Positions 27,033-36,102 of a stretch of 36,515 nt of DNA are shown in pieces. Made by a program: the position numbers and the translations under genes. The stretch lies in assembly GCA_964510745.1 (NCBI GenBank), contig CAZECB010000001.1, forward strand, positions 1-36,515, written 5' to 3'. This DNA is from an uncultured Flavobacteriaceae bacterium. Its GTDB lineage: Bacteria > Bacteroidota > Bacteroidia > Flavobacteriales > Flavobacteriaceae. The stretch's first letter is position 1; every line of letters begins with the position of its first letter. The notes below the pieces were generated by a model. The model saw nothing but the letters and a program-made list of their open reading frames with translations, made no database searches and was not told the origin of the DNA.

Positions 27033-27371
27033 ATGAAAAAAATATTACTAGTACTTAGCATTGTATGTTTTAGTTTAACGAGTTATGCACAAGAAAAAGA
27101 TGTAAAAGTTCCTATTGAAATTTTAAACACGTACGTTGGCAAGTATGAGTTGGCTCCTGGTGTAATAATAGATGTTACGACAGACGCCAATCGCATTTTC
27201 ATACAATTGACAGGACAAGCAAAATTTGAAATTTTCCCATCCTCAATGACTGATTTTTACCTGAAAGTGGTTGAAGCTAAAATAAGTTTTCATTCTGATG
27301 AAAAAGGCAAAATAACTAGCCTTACTCTTAATCAAAATGGAAGAGATAATTCAGCTAAAAAAATAGAGTAA
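27033..27371 (+). CDS. Exported DUF3471-domain protein
   Basis: Signal peptide ..SYA-Q; L..YVGKYEL.PG, QLTGQ..FEI.P.S...FYLKVVEA.I.F, L.LNQNG. Confidence 0.8.
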   Translation: MKKILLVLSIVCFSLTSYAQEKDVKVPIEILNTYVGKYELAPGVIIDVTTDANRIFIQLTGQAKFEIFPSSMTDFYLKVVEAKISFHSDEKGKITSLTLNQNGRDNSAKKIE

Positions 27372-27376
27372 GTAAA

Positions 27377-28459
27377 ATGAGGAATAAAGCGCTAACAATA
27401 CTATTTTTTTGTTTCAATCTCATAAGTACTTCTCAAGAGGGCACTATTACTTCTGAGATTAAAGCAAACATCAAAGCAAGAGTAAATGCAGGTGACAATA
27501 CCAGTATTGTAGTAGGCTATAATATTGATGGAGATAATGTAGAGTTTTATAGTTATGGCAAACTAGAAGTTGATGGTGGAATAGATGCCGATGAGAACTC
27601 CGTGTTTGAAATCGGCTCTATATCCAAAGTATTCACAGCTATTCTGCTTGCAGATAAAATAGTTAATGAAGAAATGAGATTATCGGACGCTATCTCTAAA
27701 TATCTACCAAAAGAGGTTACGACACCATCTAGAAACGGGAAGGAAATTACCTTAAAAGATTTGGCAACGCACTCTTCGGGTTTACCAAGATTGCCAAGTA
27801 ATTTACTGATAGAAAACTTGAATCAACCCTATGTTAACTATACAAATGACGATATGTATGAGTTTATCTCCAATTATGAATTGACTACAGATATTGGGGA
27901 ACGTTGGCAATATTCTAATTATGGAGTGGGTTTGTTAGGCCATATTTTAGAATTACAAAGTAAAAAGAGTTATGAAGAGTTGTTATTTGAAAAAATAACA
28001 ATGCCTCTAGAGATGAATAGTACAGCTGTTCATTTAAATACTGAGCTAAAATCTCGACTGGCATTTGGTCATAAAAAAGGAAAGAAACTTTTAGAAGGTC
28101 ACGATATGCTAAGCCTAGCAGGCGCAGGTGGCATTCGCTCTACTGCCAAAGACCTAATCAGGTTTTCACAAGCGAATCTTTTGAACACTGAACTACCTAT
28201 AAAAAAGGCAATGTTGTTAAGCCACAAACAAGCCTTTAAAGATATGGGTAGAAATCGAACCATCGGTTTGGGTTGGTTTCTTTCTAATAACGGAACACTA
28301 ATATGGCATGGCGGTAACACACCTGGTTATGCCTCATTTATAGGTTTTGATAAAAATACAACTAAAGGTGTTGTAGTCCTGACAAATTCAGCAGGCAATG
28401 TTCAAGATATTGGTCGTCGATTATTAGGCAGCACGTTGCCATTAACCAAACCAAGATAG
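27377..28459 (+). CDS. Serine hydrolase, beta-lactamase/AmpH (class C-like) family
   Basis: FEIGSISK (SxxK), LATHSSG, YSN, HGGNT. Confidence 0.92.
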   Translation: MRNKALTILFFCFNLISTSQEGTITSEIKANIKARVNAGDNTSIVVGYNIDGDNVEFYSYGKLEVDGGIDADENSVFEIGSISKVFTAILLADKIVNEEMRLSDAISKYLPKEVTTPSRNGKEITLKDLATHSSGLPRLPSNLLIENLNQPYVNYTNDDMYEFISNYELTTDIGERWQYSNYGVGLLGHILELQSKKSYEELLFEKITMPLEMNSTAVHLNTELKSRLAFGHKKGKKLLEGHDMLSLAGAGGIRSTAKDLIRFSQANLLNTELPIKKAMLLSHKQAFKDMGRNRTIGLGWFLSNNGTLIWHGGNTPGYASFIGFDKNTTKGVVVLTNSAGNVQDIGRRLLGSTLPLTKPR

Positions 28460-28503
28460 TAGTCAAACCGAAAGGCGTAATACTTTATAAACAAATACAA
28501 ATC

Positions 28504-29283
28504 ATGAAATTACACAAAGTACTAATATTAATAACTTTTATCTCCTCGATATCAGTAAAAGCACAAGACTACTCAAAACAGTTTGAAGCATTCCAAAAAT
28601 CTATTGAGTCAAAAAATATAGTCGACCTCCAACCCTTTATAAGTTCGGAAATGGCTATTCCTCCATTGTTTACAAAGGAACAATTAACTCCAGAACTATT
28701 AGAACGAGTATTAAAGGATGTATTTGGGAGAGTTTCCTCAGTTTCCATGAAGGATACTCAAAATGGAGAAATTATGGTTTTCTATGATTTTAAAGATGAA
28801 AACACAAAGGACAGAACTTCTTCTATTCTTTTAGATTCGGAAGGAAAAATTAAAGAGATTAAAATCATAGCTGCTCTTATTAATGAAGAAAGAGAGAAAA
28901 CAGAAAGTAAGGATGCAGAACAACCTATTGCTGATGAGTTCACTAAAAAATACCTAGCAAAAAAAGTAGAATTCGCAACATCGGATAACAGAATAGTTGT
29001 AGGGAATTTATATGATATAGGATTAAATAAACCTGTAATATTATTAGGTCATCAAGCTGGCTCTAATAAGTATGAATACGCTGATATTGCTCCTAAATTA
29101 AATGCTATGGGATATAATGCTTTAGCTATAGATTTAACTGGAGGAGGAAAATTTGCTGCTCACGATAATGAAACATTGAACAGAGGAACAGATGTAAGTA
29201 GTGACAGACAACGTATCCAAAGAAGAACAGGACAAGAAATGAATGCTGCAGTGGATTATTTATACAAAAAATCGGACTTCTAA
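28504..29283 (+). pseudogene. C-terminally truncated paralog of the 12565 alpha/beta hydrolase
   Basis: Shares AQDYSKQ.EAF, GNLY, HQAG.N..EYADIAPKLN..GYN.LAIDL; stops at AVDYLYKK-SDF*, before the catalytic Ser elbow. Confidence 0.75.
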
Positions 29284-29741
29284 TACTAGAAAAAGATAAA
29301 GAGCATCAAGTTTATTTACAACATTTATTACTGTTTTTTACTAGTACAGTAATAGTGAGTATCTCTGCAATTTACTTCTATAAGAAAGCAAATAATTCTT
29401 CTATAACAATAAAACAAGCGCTCCAAATAGGGTTTTTCACCACACTTATAACAACTATTATAATTACTATTTACGATGTTATTTTTCTAACAATCATTGA
29501 GCCTGATTACTATAAATCGTATTACGAATTAAATTGGGAAGCTGAACTTAAACATCATATCTCACGCAATCCAGAAGAGCACACCGAAGAAACTTTTAAG
29601 GTGTTTATTAATGAAAGAAATATAAATCATTTCAAACTAACATTATCTATACTTTTATTGTATGGCATTATTTTAAATTTGATTACATCTCTAATTACTG
29701 GATTAATTCTTCGAGCCAAACGAAATAAAATTAAAAATTAG
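29271..29741 (+). pseudogene. 5'-truncated DUF4199-like membrane protein
   Basis: The frame is open upstream of GTG 29355 (IGLLILEKDKEHQVYLQHLLLFF...) with no ATG; AIYFYKKAN....IKQALQIG and IIEPDY parallel the next gene. Confidence 0.6.
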
Positions 29742-29742
29742 T

Positions 29743-30309
29743 ATGGAATCCCAAAAATTGAAACTTTACAAATTTGCATTAAAATATGGTCTTATATTGG
29801 CCGCTATTCCTACTATATATAATATTGTATTGGTAATAATGGGCTTACATCTAGATTATAACTATTATGGAGAAGGTCTTGGGGAATCGTATACAAAAGC
29901 GAGGCTTTACCTCTTACCTATCATTCTTTTTATTGCTATATATAGCTACCGGAAACTAAATGCAGGTCATCTAAAACTAATAGAAGCTATTAAAATAGGG
30001 CTTTGGATTCTGCTTATAGGCTCTATTATAGTCATTGGTTATAATCTAATTTTTAGATTGTTAATAGTACCTGATTTTAGCAATCAGTTTTATGAAATAA
30101 ACCGAGAGCAAATTTTCAATATTTTATTAGAAGGTCATTTGGAATTAGGTAGGGATTACACTCAGGCAGATATGGATAGCCATATATATACAAACGGAAG
30201 CCTTTTAATTGGACTCAGTGTGAATATAGTTCTTAATCTCGTTTTCACTTTGTTCTTTTCATTGATAATTGGTTTGATTATGAAGAAAAAGATAGCAAAA
30301 GATAACTAG
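29743..30309 (+). CDS. DUF4199-like membrane protein
   Basis: ALKYGLI, AIYSYRKLN.G.L...EAIKIG, IVPDF, SLIIGLIMKK; four TMs. Confidence 0.75.
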   Translation: MESQKLKLYKFALKYGLILAAIPTIYNIVLVIMGLHLDYNYYGEGLGESYTKARLYLLPIILFIAIYSYRKLNAGHLKLIEAIKIGLWILLIGSIIVIGYNLIFRLLIVPDFSNQFYEINREQIFNILLEGHLELGRDYTQADMDSHIYTNGSLLIGLSVNIVLNLVFTLFFSLIIGLIMKKKIAKDN

Positions 30310-30334
30310 TTTATAAATTTAAAGTCAAGCAGAT

Positions 30335-30364
30335 TGTCATATCTTCACGTAATCAGTAACTAAA
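30335..30364 (+). promoter_or_regulatory. ECF promoter type 2, third copy
   Basis: TGTCATA-tcttcacgtaatc-AGTAACTAAA, 39 nt before the GLPGLI gene. Confidence 0.65.
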
Positions 30365-30403
30365 GTAATAGGAAACTTTACTATATATAGGTAATTAATA
30401 ACT

Positions 30404-31228
30404 ATGAAATCAATAACTCACAACTTAATTTTATGTTTCATACTGATTAATGCCACCGTTTTTGCGCAACAGAATTTTACAGGAGAAGCAATATATACTG
30501 GAGAAGTTAAAAAAAGGAATGTTAAGATGGACAGCTCAAAGCTTACATCCAATTTAGCTATGAATTCTTTATTGTCTGCTTTTAACAAGAAAATAAATGC
30601 AGGCTTTAAAGAAACTTATGTTTTAAAATTCGATGAAGCTAACTCAATATACCAAAAAGAAGAGAAATTAGAAGCTCTAGGGCAAGAAGGGACTCGTTTC
30701 AATTCAGATATTGGTTTTAGTGGTGAAAAATTATATAAGAACATTAAAGAGGATAGATATTCTGTTGAGAATGATTTGTATGGTAAAATTTTTATAATTA
30801 AAGATAAGCTAGAAAATCATAATTGGAAGTTAACAAAAGAAACTAAAACAATAGGCAACTATACTTGTTATAAGGCTACAAAAATCATAAAAAGATTAGT
30901 TCGAGATAATAATAACTATTTAAGTTTTAGTGTAAACAAAAAAGATGTAGATAAAAAATTTAAAACAAAAGAGATAGAAGTTACAGTTATAGCATGGTAC
31001 ACAACTCAAATACCCGTAAGTACAGGTCCTGCCGTATATCATGGACTTCCTGGCTTAATTCTCGAAGTAGAAAATGACAGACAGCTTATTACTTGTAATA
31101 AAATTACATTAAACCCTAAAAGAAAAATCAAAATCAAAGAGCCTAGAAAAGGAACGAAAGTTAATCAAGCAGAATTTGATGAGATTCAAAAGAAAAAACA
31201 GAAAGAAGTTAATGATAGAAGAGGGTGA
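30404..31228 (+). CDS. GLPGLI family protein
   Basis: WKLTKETKTIGNYTCYKAT, AWYT.QIPVSTGP..YHGLPGLILE. Confidence 0.95.
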   Translation: MKSITHNLILCFILINATVFAQQNFTGEAIYTGEVKKRNVKMDSSKLTSNLAMNSLLSAFNKKINAGFKETYVLKFDEANSIYQKEEKLEALGQEGTRFNSDIGFSGEKLYKNIKEDRYSVENDLYGKIFIIKDKLENHNWKLTKETKTIGNYTCYKATKIIKRLVRDNNNYLSFSVNKKDVDKKFKTKEIEVTVIAWYTTQIPVSTGPAVYHGLPGLILEVENDRQLITCNKITLNPKRKIKIKEPRKGTKVNQAEFDEIQKKKQKEVNDRRG

Positions 31229-31239
31229 AAAATTAAGAA

Positions 31240-32262
31240 ATGAAAAACTTTTTAGTAATAACCGTAGTTCTTTTTTACTTTTCCTGCAATGCGCAAGAAA
31301 GTAATTTTACTATCGGTCAAAAATCTGTCACTTATACCGATGAATCAAGGAGCCGCCCATTAACAACAGAAATATGGTATCCTACTAAGGACGCTATAGA
31401 TAAAAATAATACAACAAACACTCAAAGAACTCCTTTTGTCACAATAAATGCGATACCAGATGCAAACATGGTCGATGAAAAATTTCCTTTACTATTAGTT
31501 TCTCATGGTACAGGAGGCAATCGATTTTCACTTACTTGGTTCATTGATAAAATGGTCAAAGAAGGATATATAGTTATATCAGTAGACCATTATGGAAACT
31601 CATCGTTTAACAAAATTCCTCGTGAATATGTAAAATGGTGGGAAAGAGCTATTGATATTAAATTTGTTCTCACACAAGTACTAAATGATAATACAGTTGG
31701 GTCAAAAATTGATACATCAAGAATTGGTGGTGTTGGATTCTCTTTAGGCGGTTATACAAACATAGCTTTAGCGGGTGGATATGTTGATAGGAATGCCACT
31801 AAAATAATGGATGCAGAATTACCTCCAGAATTCCCCAAAGGAGAAGAGGTTATTGATTTTGATACGGATAGTTTAATAGTTGCCTCATATACTAAATACA
31901 AGGACCAAGTTAAAGATGAACGTATCAAAGCATTTTTTGTAATGGCTCCAGCTATAGGTTTTGGATTTCAATCAGAAAAGCAAACTAAAAGTATCACTTC
32001 TCCAATTTTTATAGTAGCTGGAAAAGGAGATACAAATACACCTGTCGCAGATAATGCAGAAAACTATCATCGATTAATAGAAACTAGTGAACTTTATCTT
32101 TTTGGAGAATACGTAAACCATTATGTCTTCTTAAATGAAGCTACAGAATTTGGAAAGCATATATTACCAGAATTAACTATTGATCATCCAAGTGTGAGTC
32201 GAGGTGAAATCCACAAAAAAACATTAACCCTAGCCTTTGAGTTTTTTAAGAAAAATTTATAA
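31240..32262 (+). CDS. Exported alpha/beta hydrolase (dienelactone hydrolase/PAF-AH-like)
   Basis: RPL..EIWYP, FPLLLVSHGTGG, GFSLGG, G..D, HYVF. Confidence 0.88.
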   Translation: MKNFLVITVVLFYFSCNAQESNFTIGQKSVTYTDESRSRPLTTEIWYPTKDAIDKNNTTNTQRTPFVTINAIPDANMVDEKFPLLLVSHGTGGNRFSLTWFIDKMVKEGYIVISVDHYGNSSFNKIPREYVKWWERAIDIKFVLTQVLNDNTVGSKIDTSRIGGVGFSLGGYTNIALAGGYVDRNATKIMDAELPPEFPKGEEVIDFDTDSLIVASYTKYKDQVKDERIKAFFVMAPAIGFGFQSEKQTKSITSPIFIVAGKGDTNTPVADNAENYHRLIETSELYLFGEYVNHYVFLNEATEFGKHILPELTIDHPSVSRGEIHKKTLTLAFEFFKKNL

Positions 32263-32407
32263 AATCGATAATCCAAATCTTGTTCTTTTTTACTCCATAA
32301 TAATTCCTTAAAAACTGGATTGATTCTAAAAAAGAAATCATAATCACAGAAAATGTGATATTAAATCAAGATGATTCATAAATAAAAAGGAGTTAAACAT
32401 TAATGAT

Positions 32408-32635
32408 TTATTTATGTTTTTTTTCTAAAATCTCTAAATACATATTTTCAACTTTAGTTCTCGCCCAAGGAGTTCGTCTTAAAAATTTTAAGCTAGATTT
32501 TACGGAAGGATCATGTGTAAAGCAGCGAATATTAATCATATGTCCCATATATTCCCAACCATAATGTGCTTGTAAATCTGTAACAATTTGTTCTAGCTTT
32601 ACACCATGAAATGGATTATTGAGTTGTTTCGACAT
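32408..32635 (-). CDS. VF530 (DUF2132) family small DNA-binding-like protein
   Basis: NPFHGVKLE.IV..L...YGW, I.CF..DPSVKSSLKFLRRTPWAR.KVE. Confidence 0.92.
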   Translation of the reverse strand: MSKQLNNPFHGVKLEQIVTDLQAHYGWEYMGHMINIRCFTHDPSVKSSLKFLRRTPWARTKVENMYLEILEKKHK

Positions 32636-32637
32636 AT

Positions 32638-33921
32638 TTAATTATTTCTATTATCGTTACTACGGCGTTTATTTCGACTTCTACTTGAACTTTTACTATT
32701 TCTAGGTTTTTTTGAATTAGAATTTCTTCCTCGATTTTGGTTTCTATTTCTATTCTGACCTTGTTTTACTGGTTCTATGGAAGCATTAGGATCGGGTTCA
32801 AAACCTTCAATAATTTCCTTAGGAATACTTAACCCAACCAATTTTTCAATATCCTTTAAATATTTTGTTTCATCTGCACTAACCAAAGACAGTGCCTCTC
32901 CATTTGCTCCTGCTCTTCCTGTTCTTCCTATTCTATGTACATAATCTTCAGAAATATTAGGTAATTCATAGTTCACAACATGAGGTAATAACGGAATATC
33001 TATACCTCGAGCAGCAATATCTGTAGCGACTAAAATACGTACTGATCCTTTTTTAAAACCAGATAATACTTTAGTTCTAGCGCCTTGACTTTTATTACCA
33101 TGAATAGCGGCAGCTGAAACTCCTGCTTTAATCATTTTTTTACAAAGATTATTGGCTCCATGTTTAGTTCTAGTAAATACTAGTACTTGTTTCCAATTAC
33201 CATCATTAATTAATTTAATAATTAAACTTGCTTTTTTAGGTTTTGCTACGCGATAAACTTTTTGTGTAATAGTGTCTACCGTCGAATTTTCTGGTGTTAC
33301 TTCAACTTGAACAGGATGATGTAAAATACCATTAGCTAATTTCTTGATTTCTTTGGAGAACGTTGCCGAGAACATTAAATTTTGACGTTTTGAAGGCATC
33401 ATTTTAATAATACGTTCAATATCCCTTAAAAAACCCATATCTAGCATTCTGTCTGCTTCATCCAAAATTAAGATTTCAACTTTTGCAAGTGATAATAATT
33501 TTTGATTATGCAAATCTATCAATCGTCCTGGTGTTGCTACTAATACATCTACACCTTGACGCAGACGCGCTACCTGTGACTTTTGATTTACACCTCCAAA
33601 GATAACTGCTGATTGTAAATCTAAAAACTCACTATATCCTTTTATATTTTTATATACTTGCGCAGCTAGTTCTCTTGTAGGTGTTAGAACCAAAGCACGT
33701 ATAGGGCGTTTTCTTAATAATGACTGTTGGGACAGTAATTGTAGTGTTGGTAGTGTAAATCCTGCTGTTTTTCCTGTTCCTGTTTGTGCTGAAGCTAATA
33801 TATCTTTTCCTTCTAAAATTAAAGGAATTGCCTTTTTTTGTATTGGAGATGGCTCTGTATATCCTTGTTTATCAATTGCTTTTAGTAAAGGCTCGGATAA
33901 TCCTAGTAAGTTAAATGACAT
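32638..33921 (-). CDS. rhlE: DEAD-box RNA helicase (RhlE-like)
   Basis: Q motif, [40 protein letters not shown], basic C-terminal tail. Confidence 0.93.
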   Translation of the reverse strand: MSFNLLGLSEPLLKAIDKQGYTEPSPIQKKAIPLILEGKDILASAQTGTGKTAGFTLPTLQLLSQQSLLRKRPIRALVLTPTRELAAQVYKNIKGYSEFLDLQSAVIFGGVNQKSQVARLRQGVDVLVATPGRLIDLHNQKLLSLAKVEILILDEADRMLDMGFLRDIERIIKMMPSKRQNLMFSATFSKEIKKLANGILHHPVQVEVTPENSTVDTITQKVYRVAKPKKASLIIKLINDGNWKQVLVFTRTKHGANNLCKKMIKAGVSAAAIHGNKSQGARTKVLSGFKKGSVRILVATDIAARGIDIPLLPHVVNYELPNISEDYVHRIGRTGRAGANGEALSLVSADETKYLKDIEKLVGLSIPKEIIEGFEPDPNASIEPVKQGQNRNRNQNRGRNSNSKKPRNSKSSSRSRNKRRSNDNRNN

Positions 33922-33929
33922 TTATAATG

Positions 33930-33984
33930 TTTACGAAATGAACTGTTTCGTAAAACCTCATTTCTTTATGATGCTACAAATGTA
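33930..33984 (-). promoter_or_regulatory. Helicase promoter and 5' UTR hairpin
   Basis: TACATTTG -7 box (33984-33977); TTTACGAAA-N7-TTTCGTAAA stem (33930-33954) ends 8 nt before the ATG. Confidence 0.6.
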
Positions 33985-34055
33985 CATTTTATTTATTCTA
34001 AACAATTAAAAGGTCGGAATCATAACTAATTATCATAAGTAGACAAAATAGTTAC

Positions 34056-34775
34056 TCAAAAAAAATCGCGATACTGCATCACTCTAAAATCAAACGTATT
34101 AAACTTAGGGTTTTTAGCTTTTAACTGCTTATATAATGGCATACTGCCTATAGAAATATTTGCTGCGCCTGATCCAGAGGTTAGAGATACGGTTTTGATT
34201 ATACGTTTGTCATTCTTGTAAAAGTTAGGCGATTGAGGAATCTCATAATTAGATTCTTCATTTCGTTCTGAATGACATAAAGTGAATTGATGAATTCGAG
34301 GTACTTCTTTACTCACTAATTCTAGTTTAATATTATAATCTTTAATGTGTTTTCTGAAAAAATATTCTGGTCCATTTTTACTGTTTCCTCCAGTAAACAA
34401 TAAGGTTTCAATACTTGGGTATTGTTTTAAATAGCCAATTACATCACGCAATTTAATATGTTTCATACCTAAATCAGAAGCATTTACTTTCTCACGTTCT
34501 GCACTTTCAACAATATCACAAATACCTATTTTTTGTTTGATTAAGAATTGTTTACGTTCTTCAATCGCTTCTTGAGAATTATCATAACGTAAATTTAAGT
34601 TATAAATAGCATCTATAATTTTCCATAGTTTTCCATTTCTACTACCATAGCAAAAGTTCACATCATCTACTTTTAAATCTCTAGTTGTGAATCTAGGTGG
34701 TGGTAACGTACCAACAATTAATTTTGTACTATTGTTTTGAATGAATGGTGCGTATGGATGTTTGTGTTTGAACAT
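34056..34775 (-). CDS. Uracil-DNA glycosylase superfamily (MUG-like) protein carrying an in-frame repeat insertion
   Basis: HPY.PF, LIVGTLPP, FCYGS..G.LW, GICDIV, ASD, LLFTG, L.SGSGAAN. Confidence 0.85.
   Translation of the reverse strand: MFKHKHPYAPFIQNNSTKLIVGTLPPPRFTTRDLKVDDVNFCYGSRNGKLWKIIDAIYNLNLRYDNSQEAIEERKQFLIKQKIGICDIVESAEREKVNASDLGMKHIKLRDVIGYLKQYPSIETLLFTGGNSKNGPEYFFRKHIKDYNIKLELVSKEVPRIHQFTLCHSERNEESNYEIPQSPNFYKNDKRIIKTVSLTSGSGAANISIGSMPLYKQLKAKNPKFNTFDFRVMQYRDFF
34208..34277. repeat. Complete REP-like palindromic element in frame inside the UDG gene
   Basis: TGTCATTC...GAATGACA termini and inner stem TGAGGAATCT-cataatt-AGATTCTTCA; 34209-34277 = 23 codons, CHSERNEESNYEIPQSPNFYKND. 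Confidence 0.85.
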
Positions 34776-35204
34776 TTTAAATTTATGTATAAATGAAAAA
34801 TCTTACTGTTTTTTAGTTATTAATTTCCCTTTACTGAGCTCTAAAATACTGCTTTAAAAAAAAGTATTATTTTAGAAATACTAACTAATACCAATTATAA
34901 GTTAAAATAAGTCAGTCAAGCTTGTTCATTTATTTTTATACTTCCTTATTCATATTTTCCATAACGCTGTTATGAAAAACAATCATAGCGTCGTATAAAA
35001 AGAAAGCAACTTCGCCTTTTGTAGCTCATTTTAACTTATAGTTGGTATAAAACTTATGAAAAAAGGTGATAAAAGTCTAAACGAGGTAAAATCAGCTCTC
35101 GTACTTATGGAGTACGTAGACCAAGAAAAAAACAAAATCTGTAGTTGTTGTAAAAAAGTCTAAAAAGAAAGTTTTTTCAAAAAAAGCGGTAGCCAAAAAA
35201 TAAT

Positions 35205-35963
35205 TTATCTAATAAATATTAAATCGGTTTCTGTAGACATTGTTTCACTGAAGCCATATCCTTCATAATTAAACCCTTTTAAATCATCTATTGAATTAGC
35301 ATTTGTATCGATTACATATCTCGCCATAGCGCCTCTTGCATGCTTTGCAAAAAATGAGATCACTTTATAATTTCCATTTTTAAGGTCTTTAAAATTAGCA
35401 GTGATTACTGGTACTTTTAAATTTTTCTTATCTACAGCTTTAAAATATTCGTTACTTGCCAAATTTAAAAATAGTTCATCTTTATTCAACTCTTTATTTA
35501 ACTGGTTTGTTATTTTAGTTTTCCAAAATTCATATAAGTTTTTTTTCACACCTACAGGAAATTTCGTTCCCATTTCTAATCGATAAGGTTGTATTAAATC
35601 CATAGGTTTTAATACACCATATAGGCCTGATAAAATACGTAAGGAATCTTGAAGTTTATCTATTTTTTTTTCAGGAATAGTATATGCATCTAAACCGCGA
35701 TATACATCGCCACTAAAAGCATAAACTGCCTGACGTGCATTATTATTAGTAAAAGGTAATGACCAATCTTGATTACGATTATAGTTAAGCTGCCCTAAAG
35801 CATCAGAAATGCTCATCAACTTAGAAAGACTTTTTGCTGATTTCTTTTTCAGTAATTTATTTAAACGTTCCGATTCATTTAAAAAAGAAGATTCTGTAGT
35901 AATTTGCGATGGTACTTGACTTTCAAAATCTAAAGATTTTGCTGGAGATATAACTAATTTCAT
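35205..35963 (-). CDS. yaaA: Peroxide stress protein YaaA
   Basis: ISPAKSLD, F.GDVY.GL, ILSGLYGVL.P.D.IQPYRLEMG, NLASNEY, K.ARG.MAR. Confidence 0.96.
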   Translation of the reverse strand: MKLVISPAKSLDFESQVPSQITTESSFLNESERLNKLLKKKSAKSLSKLMSISDALGQLNYNRNQDWSLPFTNNNARQAVYAFSGDVYRGLDAYTIPEKKIDKLQDSLRILSGLYGVLKPMDLIQPYRLEMGTKFPVGVKKNLYEFWKTKITNQLNKELNKDELFLNLASNEYFKAVDKKNLKVPVITANFKDLKNGNYKVISFFAKHARGAMARYVIDTNANSIDDLKGFNYEGYGFSETMSTETDLIFIR

Positions 35964-35980
35964 AGAAAATTTTAATTTTC

Positions 35981-36000
35981 ATTTCCACTTTCGTGGAAAT
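35981..36000. repeat. REP-like hairpin in the yaaA 5' region
   Basis: ATTTCCAC-tttc-GTGGAAAT perfect stem; same loop and similar arms as 3598-3617. Confidence 0.6.
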
Positions 36001-36102
36001 TTATTTTCAAGTTGTAAATTTACAATTAAGCTAATAGTTTTTAAACCTTAAACTACATTTATTTGTAATAGTTATATAAGTAGCATTTATACTGTATTAA
36101 AA

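Noticed and set aside
27377-28459. Calling the serine hydrolase an antibiotic-resistance beta-lactamase
   Set aside because: SxxK/YxN/HGG motifs are shared by many esterases and peptidases; substrate cannot be inferred.
34972-35163. Possible small gene between the UDG gene and yaaA (ATG 34972; later MKKGDKSLNEVK...ICSCCKKV*)
   Set aside because: Frames are interrupted by several stops and show no recognizable family; at best a remnant.
793-35586. Short antisense or overlapping ORFs in the track (793-1080, 4379-4612, 4667-4885, 5790-6011, 8615-8806, 10106-10300, 10719-11030, 11610-11936, 13980-14267, 14619-14804, 15009-15212, 15275-15463, 16661-16876, 17766-17960, 21606-21809, 22427-22711, 25607-25789, 28099-28320, 35401-35586)
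   Set aside because: They shadow well-supported genes and show no recognizable motifs.
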